Of a stretch of DNA of 64,000 bases, positions 1 through 12,366 are shown piece after piece. A model generated the notes under the pieces. That model was not told where the DNA came from. It saw nothing but the letters and a program-made list of their open reading frames with translations, and did not search any database. The translations under genes and the position numbers were made by a program. Numbering within the stretch: the stretch's first letter is position 1; every line of letters starts with the position of its first letter. Source of the DNA: Clostridiales bacterium. GTDB taxonomy: Bacteria; Bacillota; Clostridia; Peptostreptococcales; Acidaminobacteraceae. Where the stretch lies: NCBI GenBank assembly GCA_016933835.1, contig JAFGAC010000002.1, forward strand, positions 26,809 to 90,808. The letters run 5' to 3'.

Positions 1-22
1 TAGGTTGAAACGTTCTTTTCAT
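1..22 (-). CDS. rpmH: ribosomal protein L34, 5' end only (runs off window)
   Basis: Minus-strand ATG at 20-22 with GGAGG at 30-34. Translates MKRTFQP, the canonical L34 N-terminus. Divergent rpmH/dnaA origin layout. Confidence 0.6.
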
Positions 23-149
23 ATCTACACCTCCTTAGTACTCAATCAATATCTATAAAGATATATTTCATATATAATATCTACAAAAAGTCTGCGAAAT
101 TATTATATCTTTTACCCTTTTTAATGTCAAGAAAAGATTTGGAAATTCA

Positions 150-470
150 ACAAATATACTGTGGATAATTATATCACATTTCATTGTTTTTTGTGTATAA
201 ATTTGTTATTATTAAGTACACCTGTTGATAAGTTGATATTTTACTCACTTTTTTCACAAATTGCATATTTTGTGGATAAAATTGTTTATAACTGCATACT
301 TATTAACAACATCACTCAATTTAATCGCATTAAGCCTGTTGATTCAATTATTAACATTTATTATAATTGTTGAAAACTTGTTACAATTACATTTTTATCA
401 ACAGTTTTTTTTAACTATAGTTGATAATCTTATTATTTTAAATTTGACGTATTAACAACTTTTCTGTTTA
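150..470. other. oriC part 1: DnaA-box cluster upstream of dnaA (includes dnaA promoter region)
   Basis: Perfect TGTGGATAA at 160-168 and 271-279. One-mismatch boxes TGTGTATAA 192-200, TGTTGATAA 223-231, TTATCAACA 395-403, AGTTGATAA 419-427. Very AT-rich. The ORFs called here are low-complexity and probably spurious. Confidence 0.8.
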
Positions 471-504
471 TAATACTGTTAATAACTTTTTTTGGGAGGA
501 TACA

Positions 505-1845
505 ATGAGCAATACAAATGAAATATGGAGTAATACATTAAAAATCATTTCAAATGAAATAACAGGTGTCAGTTTCAATACCTGGATAAAAACACTTGAA
601 CCCATTGCCATCGACAATGATATATTTGTTTTAAAAACACCCAATATTTTTAATAAAGATATTCTTGAATCTCGCTATTCTGATTTAATAATAAATTCAC
701 TTTATCAATCCACAAGCAGATCATATGAATTGAAGTTTATTACAGAACAAAATTCTGATTTTTATTCAGAAAAACCTAAAAAACAAAGAGATAAACAAAA
801 TTACAGTGATTTTGACTCTTTTCCACAACTAAATCCTAAGTATGTCTTTGAAGAATTTGTCATTGGCAACAGCAACCGTTTTGCTCATGCAGCTTCTTTA
901 GCAGTTGCAGAATCTCCAGCAAAAGCTTATAATCCTCTATTCATTTATGGAGGTGTTGGATTGGGCAAGACTCATTTGATGCATGCTATTGGACATTACA
1001 TTTTAAATCAAAATCCAAATTCAAAAGTCTTATATGTTTCTTCTGAAAATTTTACTAATGAATTGATCAATTCAATCAAAGATGATAAAAATACAGAATT
1101 CAGAAATAAATTTAGAAATTTGGATGTTTTGCTGGTGGATGATATTCAATTCATTGCTGGAAAAGAAAGAACACAGGAAGAATTTTTCCATACATTCAAT
1201 GCCTTGCATCAGGCAAACAAACAAATTATCATTTCAAGCGATAGACCACCAAAAGAAATCAAGACACTTGAAGATCGTCTCAGATCACGTTTTGAATGGG
1301 GTCTGATTACAGATATTCAGCCACCTGACTTCGAAACCAGAATTGCTATCTTAAGAAAAAAAGCTGAACTTGAAGATATGAATATTCCAAATGATGTCTT
1401 TGATTATATTGCCAGAAAAATAAAATCGAACATTAGAGAGTTGGAAGGCGCACTTATACGTGTCATAGCTTTTTCTTCATTGACCAATAACAATATTAAT
1501 GTCGATTTAGCTGAAGAAGCACTTAAAGAAATATTAAGTTCCTCAGGTCCAATTAAAGTTACACCAAATTTAATTAAAGAAATCATAGCGAATACATATA
1601 ATATAACAATAGAAGATCTAACATCTCCAAAAAGAATGAGAAATATCTCTTATCCACGACAAATTGCCATGTATCTATGTAGAGAACTCACTAATTTATC
1701 TCTTCCTAAGATTGGACAAGAATTTGGAGGAAGGGATCATACTACTGTAATGCATGCACATGACAAGATATTAAATGAAATAAAAGTAAGTGATGAATTC
1801 AAATCTACAATTAAAACACTTACAAATAAGATAAAAGGTGAATAA
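505..1845 (+). CDS. dnaA: chromosomal replication initiator DnaA
   Basis: 446 aa. Walker [14 protein letters not shown]+ core, C-terminal DNA-binding helix region ([11 protein letters not shown]). RBS GGGAGG before the ATG. Confidence 0.97.
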   Translation: MSNTNEIWSNTLKIISNEITGVSFNTWIKTLEPIAIDNDIFVLKTPNIFNKDILESRYSDLIINSLYQSTSRSYELKFITEQNSDFYSEKPKKQRDKQNYSDFDSFPQLNPKYVFEEFVIGNSNRFAHAASLAVAESPAKAYNPLFIYGGVGLGKTHLMHAIGHYILNQNPNSKVLYVSSENFTNELINSIKDDKNTEFRNKFRNLDVLLVDDIQFIAGKERTQEEFFHTFNALHQANKQIIISSDRPPKEIKTLEDRLRSRFEWGLITDIQPPDFETRIAILRKKAELEDMNIPNDVFDYIARKIKSNIRELEGALIRVIAFSSLTNNNINVDLAEEALKEILSSSGPIKVTPNLIKEIIANTYNITIEDLTSPKRMRNISYPRQIAMYLCRELTNLSLPKIGQEFGGRDHTTVMHAHDKILNEIKVSDEFKSTIKTLTNKIKGE

Positions 1846-1879
1846 TCAACAGATTTCTGTTATTTAAATATTTATTGAA

Positions 1880-2030
1880 AAACTTGTTGATAACTCTTAT
1901 TTTAAAGCTTTTTAATCAACAAGTTTACTAACAACATAAATCAGTGATTATCAATTATCTTAAAGTCTTATCAACATATCAACAGGCCCTACTACTACTA
2001 CTAGTTTATATATATATATAATATCTAAAC
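1880..2030. other. oriC part 2: DnaA boxes, GC cluster, DnaA-trio-like repeats, AT-rich unwinding element
   Basis: TGTTGATAA 1885-1893, TTATCAACA 1968-1976, GGCCC 1985-1989, TACTACTACTACTAG 1990-2004 (TAG x4 on the minus strand), then a TA-rich tract 2005-2025. Confidence 0.7.
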
Positions 2031-2047
2031 AAATACAGGAGGTTTAT

Positions 2048-3148
2048 ATGAAATTTTCATGTTTTCAAAGCGACTTAATAAATGGTATCAATATTGTACA
2101 AAAGGCAGTATCAACAAGAACTAATTTAGAAATATTGAAAGGTATATTGATTACTACAGAACAAAACAAAATAAAATTGACAGGTAATGATCTCAATTTA
2201 GCAATTGAAGTTTTAATTGAAGCTCAAATAGAAATTGAAGGTTCTATTGTTCTAGATTCCAGATTGTTTGGAGATATTATAAGAAAACTTCCTGATGCAA
2301 CAATTGATTTCAATATGAACAACAATTTTGTAGAAATAAATTGTCTTCATTCAAATTTTAAATTAATTCCTTTTAAAGCAGAGGATTATCCAAAACTGCC
2401 AGTAATAGAAAACAGTCAAACTTTAAAAATAGATCAAAATATTTTCAAAAATATGATTAAACAAACTATCTTTGCAGTTTCTCAAGATGAAACAAGACCA
2501 ATATTGACAGGATCTTTATTTGAAATATTAGATAATAAAGCGACATTAGTTTCTATTGATGGCTATAGACTTGCTTTAAAAACAATTAGCATTGAAAATG
2601 TAAAAAACTCTAAAACTGTTATTCCTGGTAAAACACTTAATGAATTGATGAAAATATTGAGCAACAGTAAAGAAAATGAATTAAGAATTGATATTACTGA
2701 TAAATACATAGCCTTTGAAATTGATAATATAAAAATAATTTCAAAAATACTCGAAGGTGAATTCATAAAATACAATCAAATAATTCCAAATGATTTTAAG
2801 ACAAAAGTGATTGTGAATACGACTGATTTCTATCAATCAATAGAAAGAGCATCATTGATGGCAAGAGAATCAAAATCAGCTACTATTAAATTATCATTGG
2901 AAAGTCAATATATAGAAATATCATCTAACAGTGAAATAGGAAGTGTAAAAGACAAGGTCAATATAAATATTGAAGGAGATAAATTTGAAATTGGCTTTAA
3001 TCCTAGATATTTAACTGAAGCTCTCAGGGTAATTGAGTCAGAAGAAGTCATATTGGAATTATCATCAAGTTTAAGTCCATGCATATTAAAGCCGATTGAT
3101 GACAATGAATATATTTATTTGGTTTTACCGGTAAGAATGTCTAATTAA
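2048..3148 (+). CDS. dnaN: DNA polymerase III beta sliding clamp
   Basis: 366 aa, three-domain clamp length, conserved position after dnaA, RBS AGGAGG. Confidence 0.95.
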   Translation: MKFSCFQSDLINGINIVQKAVSTRTNLEILKGILITTEQNKIKLTGNDLNLAIEVLIEAQIEIEGSIVLDSRLFGDIIRKLPDATIDFNMNNNFVEINCLHSNFKLIPFKAEDYPKLPVIENSQTLKIDQNIFKNMIKQTIFAVSQDETRPILTGSLFEILDNKATLVSIDGYRLALKTISIENVKNSKTVIPGKTLNELMKILSNSKENELRIDITDKYIAFEIDNIKIISKILEGEFIKYNQIIPNDFKTKVIVNTTDFYQSIERASLMARESKSATIKLSLESQYIEISSNSEIGSVKDKVNINIEGDKFEIGFNPRYLTEALRVIESEEVILELSSSLSPCILKPIDDNEYIYLVLPVRMSN

Positions 3149-3155
3149 AAAATTA

Positions 3156-3184
3156 ATCCTCTTTTAAGTAAGAGGATTTTTTTA
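3156..3184 (+). terminator. intrinsic terminator after dnaN
   Basis: ATCCTCT (3156-3162) / AGAGGAT (3171-3177) stem followed by a T-run. Confidence 0.7.
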
Positions 3185-3197
3185 GGAGGGAAAAAAT

Positions 3198-3428
3198 TTG
3201 AAAGATATTAAAATAAGTGGAGAATTTATAAAATTGGATCAGTTTCTTAAATATGTAGGAATAGCTTCTACTGGTGGACATGCAAAATATTTGATTAGTG
3301 AAGGATTTATTGATTTAAATGGACACAAGATAACTGAAAGAGGTAAAAAAATAAGAATTGGTGATGTTGTAAGAATACACATTGAAGAAGAGAGTGTTTA
3401 TAAAACTTTTAAAATTGTTTCCCAATAG
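3198..3428 (+). CDS. yaaA: S4-domain RNA-binding protein (YaaA-like)
   Basis: 76 aa, TTG start after AGGAGGG. Conserved dnaN-yaaA-recF synteny. S4-like IKLDQFLK...GHKITERGKKIRIGD. Confidence 0.85.
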   Translation: MKDIKISGEFIKLDQFLKYVGIASTGGHAKYLISEGFIDLNGHKITERGKKIRIGDVVRIHIEEESVYKTFKIVSQ

Positions 3429-3444
3429 TGGAGTGTGAATTAAA

Positions 3445-6473
<3,029 letters not shown>

Positions 6474-6482
6474 GTGAAATAG

Positions 6483-8906
6483 ATGAGTGATAAAATTATT
6501 GAAGTAAATATAAATGATGAAATGAAAAAATCTTATATTGATTATGCGATGAGTGTTATAGTTTCGAGAGCACTTCCTGATGTAAGAGATGGATTAAAAC
6601 CTGTCCATCGTAGAATTCTTTATTCGATGAAAGAACAAAGTTTTACACATGATAAAGCACATAAAAAATCAGCTCGTATTGTCGGCGATGTTTTAGGTAA
6701 GTATCATCCACATGGCGATCAATCTGTTTACAACGCCATGGTAAGGATGGCACAGGAATTTTCTACTCGATATCTTTTAATTGATGGACATGGAAACTTT
6801 GGTTCTATTGATGGTGACAGCGCTGCTGCCATGCGTTATACAGAAGCCAGAATGACTAAATTATCATCTGAATTATTAAGGGATATTGAAAAAGATACTG
6901 TAGAATTTGGACCCAATTTTGATGACTCACTAAAAGAACCCTTGGTTCTTCCAAGCAGGTACCCTAACTTACTTGTGAATGGATCAAATGGTATTGCTGT
7001 CGGAATGGCGACCAGCATACCTCCACATAATTTAAATGAAATAATTGATGCAATTGTCTATATGATTGATAATGACGATGCTGATGTTGAAGATTTGATA
7101 GAAATTGTTACGGGACCTGACTTTCCAACAGGCGCATTTATTTTGGGAGTTGAAAATGTAAGACAAGGTTATAGAACCGGTAGAGGTAAAGCAGTCATTA
7201 GATCTAAAGTAAATATAGAAGAAATGAAAAACAATAAACATCAAATCATTGTAACAGAAATTCCATATCAAATTAATAAATCCAGATTATTGGAAAATAT
7301 TGCCGATTTAGTTAGAAATAAAAAATTGGACGGCATTACAGATTTAAGAGATGAGAGTAATAGAGAAGGAATCAGAGTTGTAATAGAACTCAGAAGAGAT
7401 GTCAATCCAAATATATTTTTAAATAAATTATATAAAAATACACAGCTCCAGACGTCTTTTTCTATGAATAGCATTGCCCTTGTTAATGGTGAACCTAAAC
7501 TTCTAAACTTATATGAAATGCTCAATCATTATTTGGATCATCAGAAGGAAATTGAAACAAGAAAAACTATATTTGATTTGAATAAAGCCAATGAAAGAGC
7601 CCATATACTGGAAGGTTATCGCATTGCACTTGATAACATCGATCGTATGATTGAAGTCATTAGAGGATCAGAGGATGTAAATATTGCAAAAGATGCTTTG
7701 ATGGATGAATTCAATTTATCTGAAATTCAAGCAAAAGCAATTTTGGAAATGAGATTGCAGCGTTTGACTGGCCTTGAGAGAGACAAAGTTGAAAATGAAT
7801 ATAGTGAATTACAAGAAAAAATTATTTGGTATAAAAAAGTGCTGGCAGATGACAGTATTTTAATGGCGATCATTAAAGCAGATTTGATTGAAATAAAAAA
7901 TAAATTTGGTGACGAAAGACGGACTGAAATTATTCTATCTGATGAAGATTTTGAAATTGAAGACCTCATAGAAGAAAAAGAAGTCACTATTACTATGACA
8001 CAAAGAGGTTATATTAAAAGAGTGCCACAAGATACTTATCAAGTTCAAAATAGAGGTGGACGAGGAAAAACAGGACTATCCACTCGTGAAGAAGATGTTG
8101 TTGTCAATATATTCAACACATCGACGCATGCGGACATACTTTACTTTACAAATCTAGGCAGAGTGTATAAAAAGAAAGCCTACAAGATTCCTGAGAGCAC
8201 AAGAACAGCAAGAGGGATAGCAATAGTCAATCTGATTCAATTGAACCCTGGAGAAGTAGTTACGGCTGTCAAATCAGTCAGGGAATTCGATGATCGTTTT
8301 ATAGTATTGGTGACTAAAAAAGGTATTATTAAAAGACTGCACCTTAAAGATTTGGATTCTTCAAGGAAATCAGGCATATTTGCTATCAATTTTAGAGAGA
8401 ATGAAGATGAATTAGTAGCTGTTCGTATCACTGAAGGTGATGATGATATTTTAATTGCAACTAAGAACGGAAAAGCTATTCGATTTGGAGAAAATCAAGT
8501 GAGAGTCATGGGCAGAACTGCTTATGGAGTCATGGGAATCAACTTAGAAGAAGATGATGAAATCATTTCAATGGTTTTAGTTGACGATGACAATTCTACA
8601 TTGCTTTCAGTCACAGAGAATGGATTTGGAAAAAGAACCTTGCTTAGCGAGTACCGGTCTCAAATGAGAGGCGGAAAAGGAATATTGACTTACAATATCA
8701 ATGAGAAAACAGGTAAGTTGATCGATGTGCTGATTGTAAATGAAGAAGATGAAATTTTATTGATCAATACTGACAGCAATGTCATCAGACTTCGTGCAAA
8801 TGAAATATCAACGATAGGAAGAAATACTTCTGGTATTATATTGATGAAAACAGAGGAAGATTCAAAAGTAGTCTCTTTAGCTAAAACAATTGATATCATT
8901 GAATAG
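6483..8906 (+). CDS. gyrA: DNA gyrase subunit A
   Basis: 807 aa. Active-site region [20 protein letters not shown]-terminal beta-pinwheel repeats. Confidence 0.97.
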   Translation: MSDKIIEVNINDEMKKSYIDYAMSVIVSRALPDVRDGLKPVHRRILYSMKEQSFTHDKAHKKSARIVGDVLGKYHPHGDQSVYNAMVRMAQEFSTRYLLIDGHGNFGSIDGDSAAAMRYTEARMTKLSSELLRDIEKDTVEFGPNFDDSLKEPLVLPSRYPNLLVNGSNGIAVGMATSIPPHNLNEIIDAIVYMIDNDDADVEDLIEIVTGPDFPTGAFILGVENVRQGYRTGRGKAVIRSKVNIEEMKNNKHQIIVTEIPYQINKSRLLENIADLVRNKKLDGITDLRDESNREGIRVVIELRRDVNPNIFLNKLYKNTQLQTSFSMNSIALVNGEPKLLNLYEMLNHYLDHQKEIETRKTIFDLNKANERAHILEGYRIALDNIDRMIEVIRGSEDVNIAKDALMDEFNLSEIQAKAILEMRLQRLTGLERDKVENEYSELQEKIIWYKKVLADDSILMAIIKADLIEIKNKFGDERRTEIILSDEDFEIEDLIEEKEVTITMTQRGYIKRVPQDTYQVQNRGGRGKTGLSTREEDVVVNIFNTSTHADILYFTNLGRVYKKKAYKIPESTRTARGIAIVNLIQLNPGEVVTAVKSVREFDDRFIVLVTKKGIIKRLHLKDLDSSRKSGIFAINFRENEDELVAVRITEGDDDILIATKNGKAIRFGENQVRVMGRTAYGVMGINLEEDDEIISMVLVDDDNSTLLSVTENGFGKRTLLSEYRSQMRGGKGILTYNINEKTGKLIDVLIVNEEDEILLINTDSNVIRLRANEISTIGRNTSGIILMKTEEDSKVVSLAKTIDIIE

Positions 8907-8981
8907 AAATTTGTTTAATTATTTGAAATTTGGGAATAATTAAAATGTATAGCCCCTTTAAAAATTAGATTTTTATCTAGA

Positions 8982-9010
8982 GCCCTAATTATTTTTAGGG
9001 TTTTTTTTTA
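8982..9010 (+). terminator. intrinsic terminator after gyrA
   Basis: CCCTAA (8983-8988) / TTAGGG (8995-9000) stem followed by T10. Confidence 0.7.
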
Positions 9011-9029
9011 TGTTAAATTTACGACAAAT

Positions 9030-9060
9030 TTGACATTTTCATACTAAATAAAGTTATAAT
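9030..9060 (+). promoter_or_regulatory. putative sigma-A promoter for the 9085 ORF
   Basis: TTGACA 9030-9035 and TATAAT 9055-9060. The 19-nt spacer is longer than optimal. Confidence 0.35.
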
Positions 9061-9084
9061 TAAGTTGAGTTTGGAGGAATTGAA

Positions 9085-10716
9085 ATGAAGTATTTAAAAA
9101 AATGGAAATCAGTATTTATCATTTCATTATTGATGGTCAACGCAATGCTTTTTTATGTTTTACTAACTGAAAATCTTAAACTGCCTTCTGACAATTGGTC
9201 AAAAGAATTTGTGACACAAGAATATAAATCAACTGATGTTGTTATTTATGATGTCATATATCCGAGTGTATTCAGTGCAGCATACAATAATCAAATTATC
9301 AGTGCCTATTACAGTGAGAAAAAAGTAATTGTCAATATTTTAGATGAAAAACTCAATAAATTAAACAGTTTTTCAACTGATATTGAAATCAATGATCTGT
9401 CAAAGATGTCAGGATTCATCGATAAAGATGAATTGATCTTATATCTTCAGTCAAAAGACGGCAGCCAAATTTTTCAATACCGCATGAATTTGAAAACAAA
9501 CGAATTTATTGAAAAGAATTATTATGAAGATGATATAAATTTAATAAGTTTATATAATCAATATGCATTGATATTCAATCATGATAAATTGATTTTATGG
9601 AATGGAAAAGAAGTAATTGAAATTGAGTACATCAATAAAGCAGAAATGATCAGCATATATGAGAAAAATGGTGATTTTAATGTTTTGACCATTGAATCGA
9701 AAATGGGAAGCGACAGAAAGATAAAAAGATACATTATTGATGATTACAAGTTAAAATTCATAACTGACATTTCATCATTGGAAAATGGTTCAAATTTATC
9801 TTTAGTTCAATTTGAAACGTATGTATCGGATGACCATATAAAAATATTAACAAAATTACGGTCAAATAAATTCAATCAAAACTTTATCAATATTTTTAAT
9901 TATGATGATGAATCAAATGAAATTCTACTTCATGACCAATTTTCAAATGAAATGAGCATGAACAATTTAAAATTGATTGATTCCAATAAAAATGAAATCA
10001 GGTTTATTCAATCCTATCCTGTAAGTTTGGGAATGACAGATATAAGTAAAAAAGACAAAGTGTATTTCAATTTATTCATGGAAATATATGATAAAGATGG
10101 ATCAAGTGAAATAAAACAATTGACGAAAACTGAGTATCTATCCAGCCATCCGAATTATTTTATAATGAATGGTTATGAATATTTACAATGGTCGGAAATT
10201 TTTGAAGGTCAAAACTCAATATTATTTTCTAGCAATCAACCTGAGTTGATTGAAAAATCAACGCAATTATCAAAACAAAGTTTATTGAATTTGCTATGGT
10301 CAACATTTTCGTGCAACATGCTCATGTTTTATTTCTTCCTCTTTATAGCTGTCAGTATTATAATGCCGATTGTGTTTACAATCATACCAGTTTCATTGAT
10401 ATTTTTTAATTGGTCAGAGAAAAATCAAGACAAGTTATTTTTGATTGCGATTGGTATTCACATTCTTTCGAAATTCAACTATGTCTACAATTTCATAAAA
10501 GACAATAAAACTGTTCTTTTATCATTGCCTGGAATATTGAGTAATCAATACTTTCAATATGGTATTTCAATGTTTACTACTGTGATTGCCTACTATTGCC
10601 TGATAGATTATATGAAAAATAAAAATATAAAAAACTTTTTGTTTAAATATTTATTTTTCTTCTTTATAGATATTTTATTATTAGTATTGGTTTTAGTGCC
10701 TTATAGAATGTTATAA
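9085..10716 (+). CDS. membrane protein of unknown function (N-terminal anchor, large extracytoplasmic domain, C-terminal polytopic region)
   Basis: 543 aa with a strong RBS. Hydrophobic N-terminus, then about 370 aa of hydrophilic Asn/Ile/Tyr-rich sequence, then several hydrophobic C-terminal segments. No recognisable catalytic motif. Confidence 0.7.
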   Translation: MKYLKKWKSVFIISLLMVNAMLFYVLLTENLKLPSDNWSKEFVTQEYKSTDVVIYDVIYPSVFSAAYNNQIISAYYSEKKVIVNILDEKLNKLNSFSTDIEINDLSKMSGFIDKDELILYLQSKDGSQIFQYRMNLKTNEFIEKNYYEDDINLISLYNQYALIFNHDKLILWNGKEVIEIEYINKAEMISIYEKNGDFNVLTIESKMGSDRKIKRYIIDDYKLKFITDISSLENGSNLSLVQFETYVSDDHIKILTKLRSNKFNQNFINIFNYDDESNEILLHDQFSNEMSMNNLKLIDSNKNEIRFIQSYPVSLGMTDISKKDKVYFNLFMEIYDKDGSSEIKQLTKTEYLSSHPNYFIMNGYEYLQWSEIFEGQNSILFSSNQPELIEKSTQLSKQSLLNLLWSTFSCNMLMFYFFLFIAVSIIMPIVFTIIPVSLIFFNWSEKNQDKLFLIAIGIHILSKFNYVYNFIKDNKTVLLSLPGILSNQYFQYGISMFTTVIAYYCLIDYMKNKNIKNFLFKYLFFFFIDILLLVLVLVPYRML

Positions 10717-10754
10717 TATGATAAAACAGATTAAAAAAGTTAAGGGGGCAGCTC

Positions 10755-11093
10755 ATGGACTTGAAAATTGTGTATAAATTTTTTAAAGAAAGCAGCATAT
10801 GGAAAATTGGTTTAGATGGGGATTTGGAAATAAATTCATCTATTGTACTTAAAGATAAATTAAATGAAATTTTGGATCAGAAAGATGCGAATATTGAATT
10901 TAATTTCGAAAAATTGAGTTATATAGATTCCACTGGATTAGGTGTTTTGATAAGTCTTTTAAAAAGACTCAATAAGAATGGATTTACTATGTCTGTAATA
11001 AATCCTCAGGACAATATTTTAAAAATTTTTAAAATAACAGGTCTATATAAAGTTATTAAAATTTACAAAGAAGGTGAACTGATTGAAGGATAA
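10755..11093 (+). CDS. rsbV: anti-sigma factor antagonist (STAS; RsbV-type)
   Basis: 112 aa. STAS phosphorylatable-Ser motif YIDSTGLGVL. First gene of an antagonist-kinase-sigma triad. Confidence 0.85.
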   Translation: MDLKIVYKFFKESSIWKIGLDGDLEINSSIVLKDKLNEILDQKDANIEFNFEKLSYIDSTGLGVLISLLKRLNKNGFTMSVINPQDNILKIFKITGLYKVIKIYKEGELIEG

Positions 11094-11481
11094 GATTAGT
11101 CTGTCATTACCTAATAAACCAGAGTATGTCAGCATTGCAAGATTGACTGCATCTGTCTTGGCTAATAACATCGGTTTTGACATTGAGGATATTGAAGACA
11201 TTAAAGTAGCAGTTGGAGAAGCCTGTAACAATTCAGTCATGCACGGAAATGGAAGTATAAATATCGATGTAACATTTATAATTGAAAATGGCAGTTTTAT
11301 AGCTGAAGTGATGGATTATGGCAATGGTTTCAATAAAGAAGATTATAGAGAACCTGATCTAATTAATCATCAAGAGAGAGGTCTAGGCATTTTCATAATG
11401 GAATCCCTTATGGATAAAGTGGAAATTGACACGACATTAGGAAATGGAACAAAGATAAGAATGATTAAAGAAAGGCTGTAA
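11083..11481 (+). CDS. rsbW: anti-sigma factor serine kinase (RsbW/SpoIIAB family)
   Basis: 132 aa, TTG start overlapping rsbV. HATPase N-box EACNNSVMHG and G-box DYGNGF...GLGIF. Confidence 0.85.
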   Translation: MKDKISLSLPNKPEYVSIARLTASVLANNIGFDIEDIEDIKVAVGEACNNSVMHGNGSINIDVTFIIENGSFIAEVMDYGNGFNKEDYREPDLINHQERGLGIFIMESLMDKVEIDTTLGNGTKIRMIKERL

Positions 11482-11498
11482 GTATTGGGGGCTAAACC

Positions 11499-12269
11499 AT
11501 GGCTAATGTAAGTAAGTATGCTAAAATTGATTCTAAAGAACTTTTTAGAATTTACAAGCATAATAAAGATAGAGAGATAAGAAATGAACTTTTTAAAAGA
11601 TACCACTATATCGCGGAGATTCTATCTAAAAAATTCATCAATAAAGGAATTGAATATGAAGATATCTATCAAGTTGCATCGATGGGTCTCATTTTTGCTA
11701 TTGAGAGATATGATATTGATCGTGGATTTGAATTTTCCAGTTTTGCAACACCAACAATTATAGGTGAAATAAAAAAATATTTCAGAGATAAAGGTTGGTC
11801 TGTAAGAGTTCCTAGAAGAATTCAAGAACTTTCAAAAAAAATAAATATCGCTAAAAATAGATTGCAGCAGGATTTGCAGCGAGTTCCTAAAATAGAAGAT
11901 ATCGCACTGTATTTATCAGTATCTGAGGAAGAAGTAATTGAAGCAATGGAAGCGTCTCAGGTGTATACACCAAAATCATTAGATGTCACATATGATACAA
12001 ACAGTGATGATAAAGACATCCAATTAATTGATATAGTTGGCGGGAATGACAAGTATTTTGATGAGATTGAGAATAATGATTTCATAGAGAAATGCATGGA
12101 GAAATTGACACCGATCGAAGTAAAAATAATTAAAGACCGATTTTTTGACAGCAAGACACAAGTCAGTGTTGCTGATGAGTTAGGCGTTTCTCAAATGACT
12201 GTTTCAAGGATGGAAAAGAAGATTATCAAGAAATTTAGAAAAGAAATGGAAAAAGTGACAGAAATATAA
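11499..12269 (+). CDS. sigB: alternative sigma factor, SigB-type
   Basis: 256 aa. FATPTIIGEIKKYFRDKGWSVRVPRRIQEL closely matches the B. subtilis SigB region 2.4/3 (IPTIIGEIKRFLRDKTWSVHVPRRIKEL, from memory) rather than SigF. Confidence 0.75.
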   Translation: MANVSKYAKIDSKELFRIYKHNKDREIRNELFKRYHYIAEILSKKFINKGIEYEDIYQVASMGLIFAIERYDIDRGFEFSSFATPTIIGEIKKYFRDKGWSVRVPRRIQELSKKINIAKNRLQQDLQRVPKIEDIALYLSVSEEEVIEAMEASQVYTPKSLDVTYDTNSDDKDIQLIDIVGGNDKYFDEIENNDFIEKCMEKLTPIEVKIIKDRFFDSKTQVSVADELGVSQMTVSRMEKKIIKKFRKEMEKVTEI

Positions 12270-12325
12270 ATTATGAAGTTATATATATGAAATTTCAGTG
12301 TCATTGTAGATTAATTATTGAAATA

Positions 12326-12366
12326 AAGCCTACTATTAGTTGTTGTTAAAACTAATAGCAGGCTTT
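12326..12366. terminator. bidirectional terminator between convergent sigB and GT2-PilZ genes
   Basis: AAAGCCTACTATTAGT / ACTAATAGCAGGCTTT stem (one mismatch), with A-run and T-run flanks. Confidence 0.7.

Noticed and set aside
161-455. Two ORFs (70 and 64 aa) upstream of dnaA
   Set aside because: They are low-complexity translations of the AT-rich DnaA-box region, have no RBS, and overlap origin motifs.
10755-12269. SpoIIAA-SpoIIAB-SigF sporulation operon
   Set aside because: The sigma factor region GWSVRVPRRIQEL and flanking residues match SigB much better than SigF. The near-origin position after gyrA matches the C. difficile sigB operon as I remember it. Some ambiguity remains for the kinase and antagonist.
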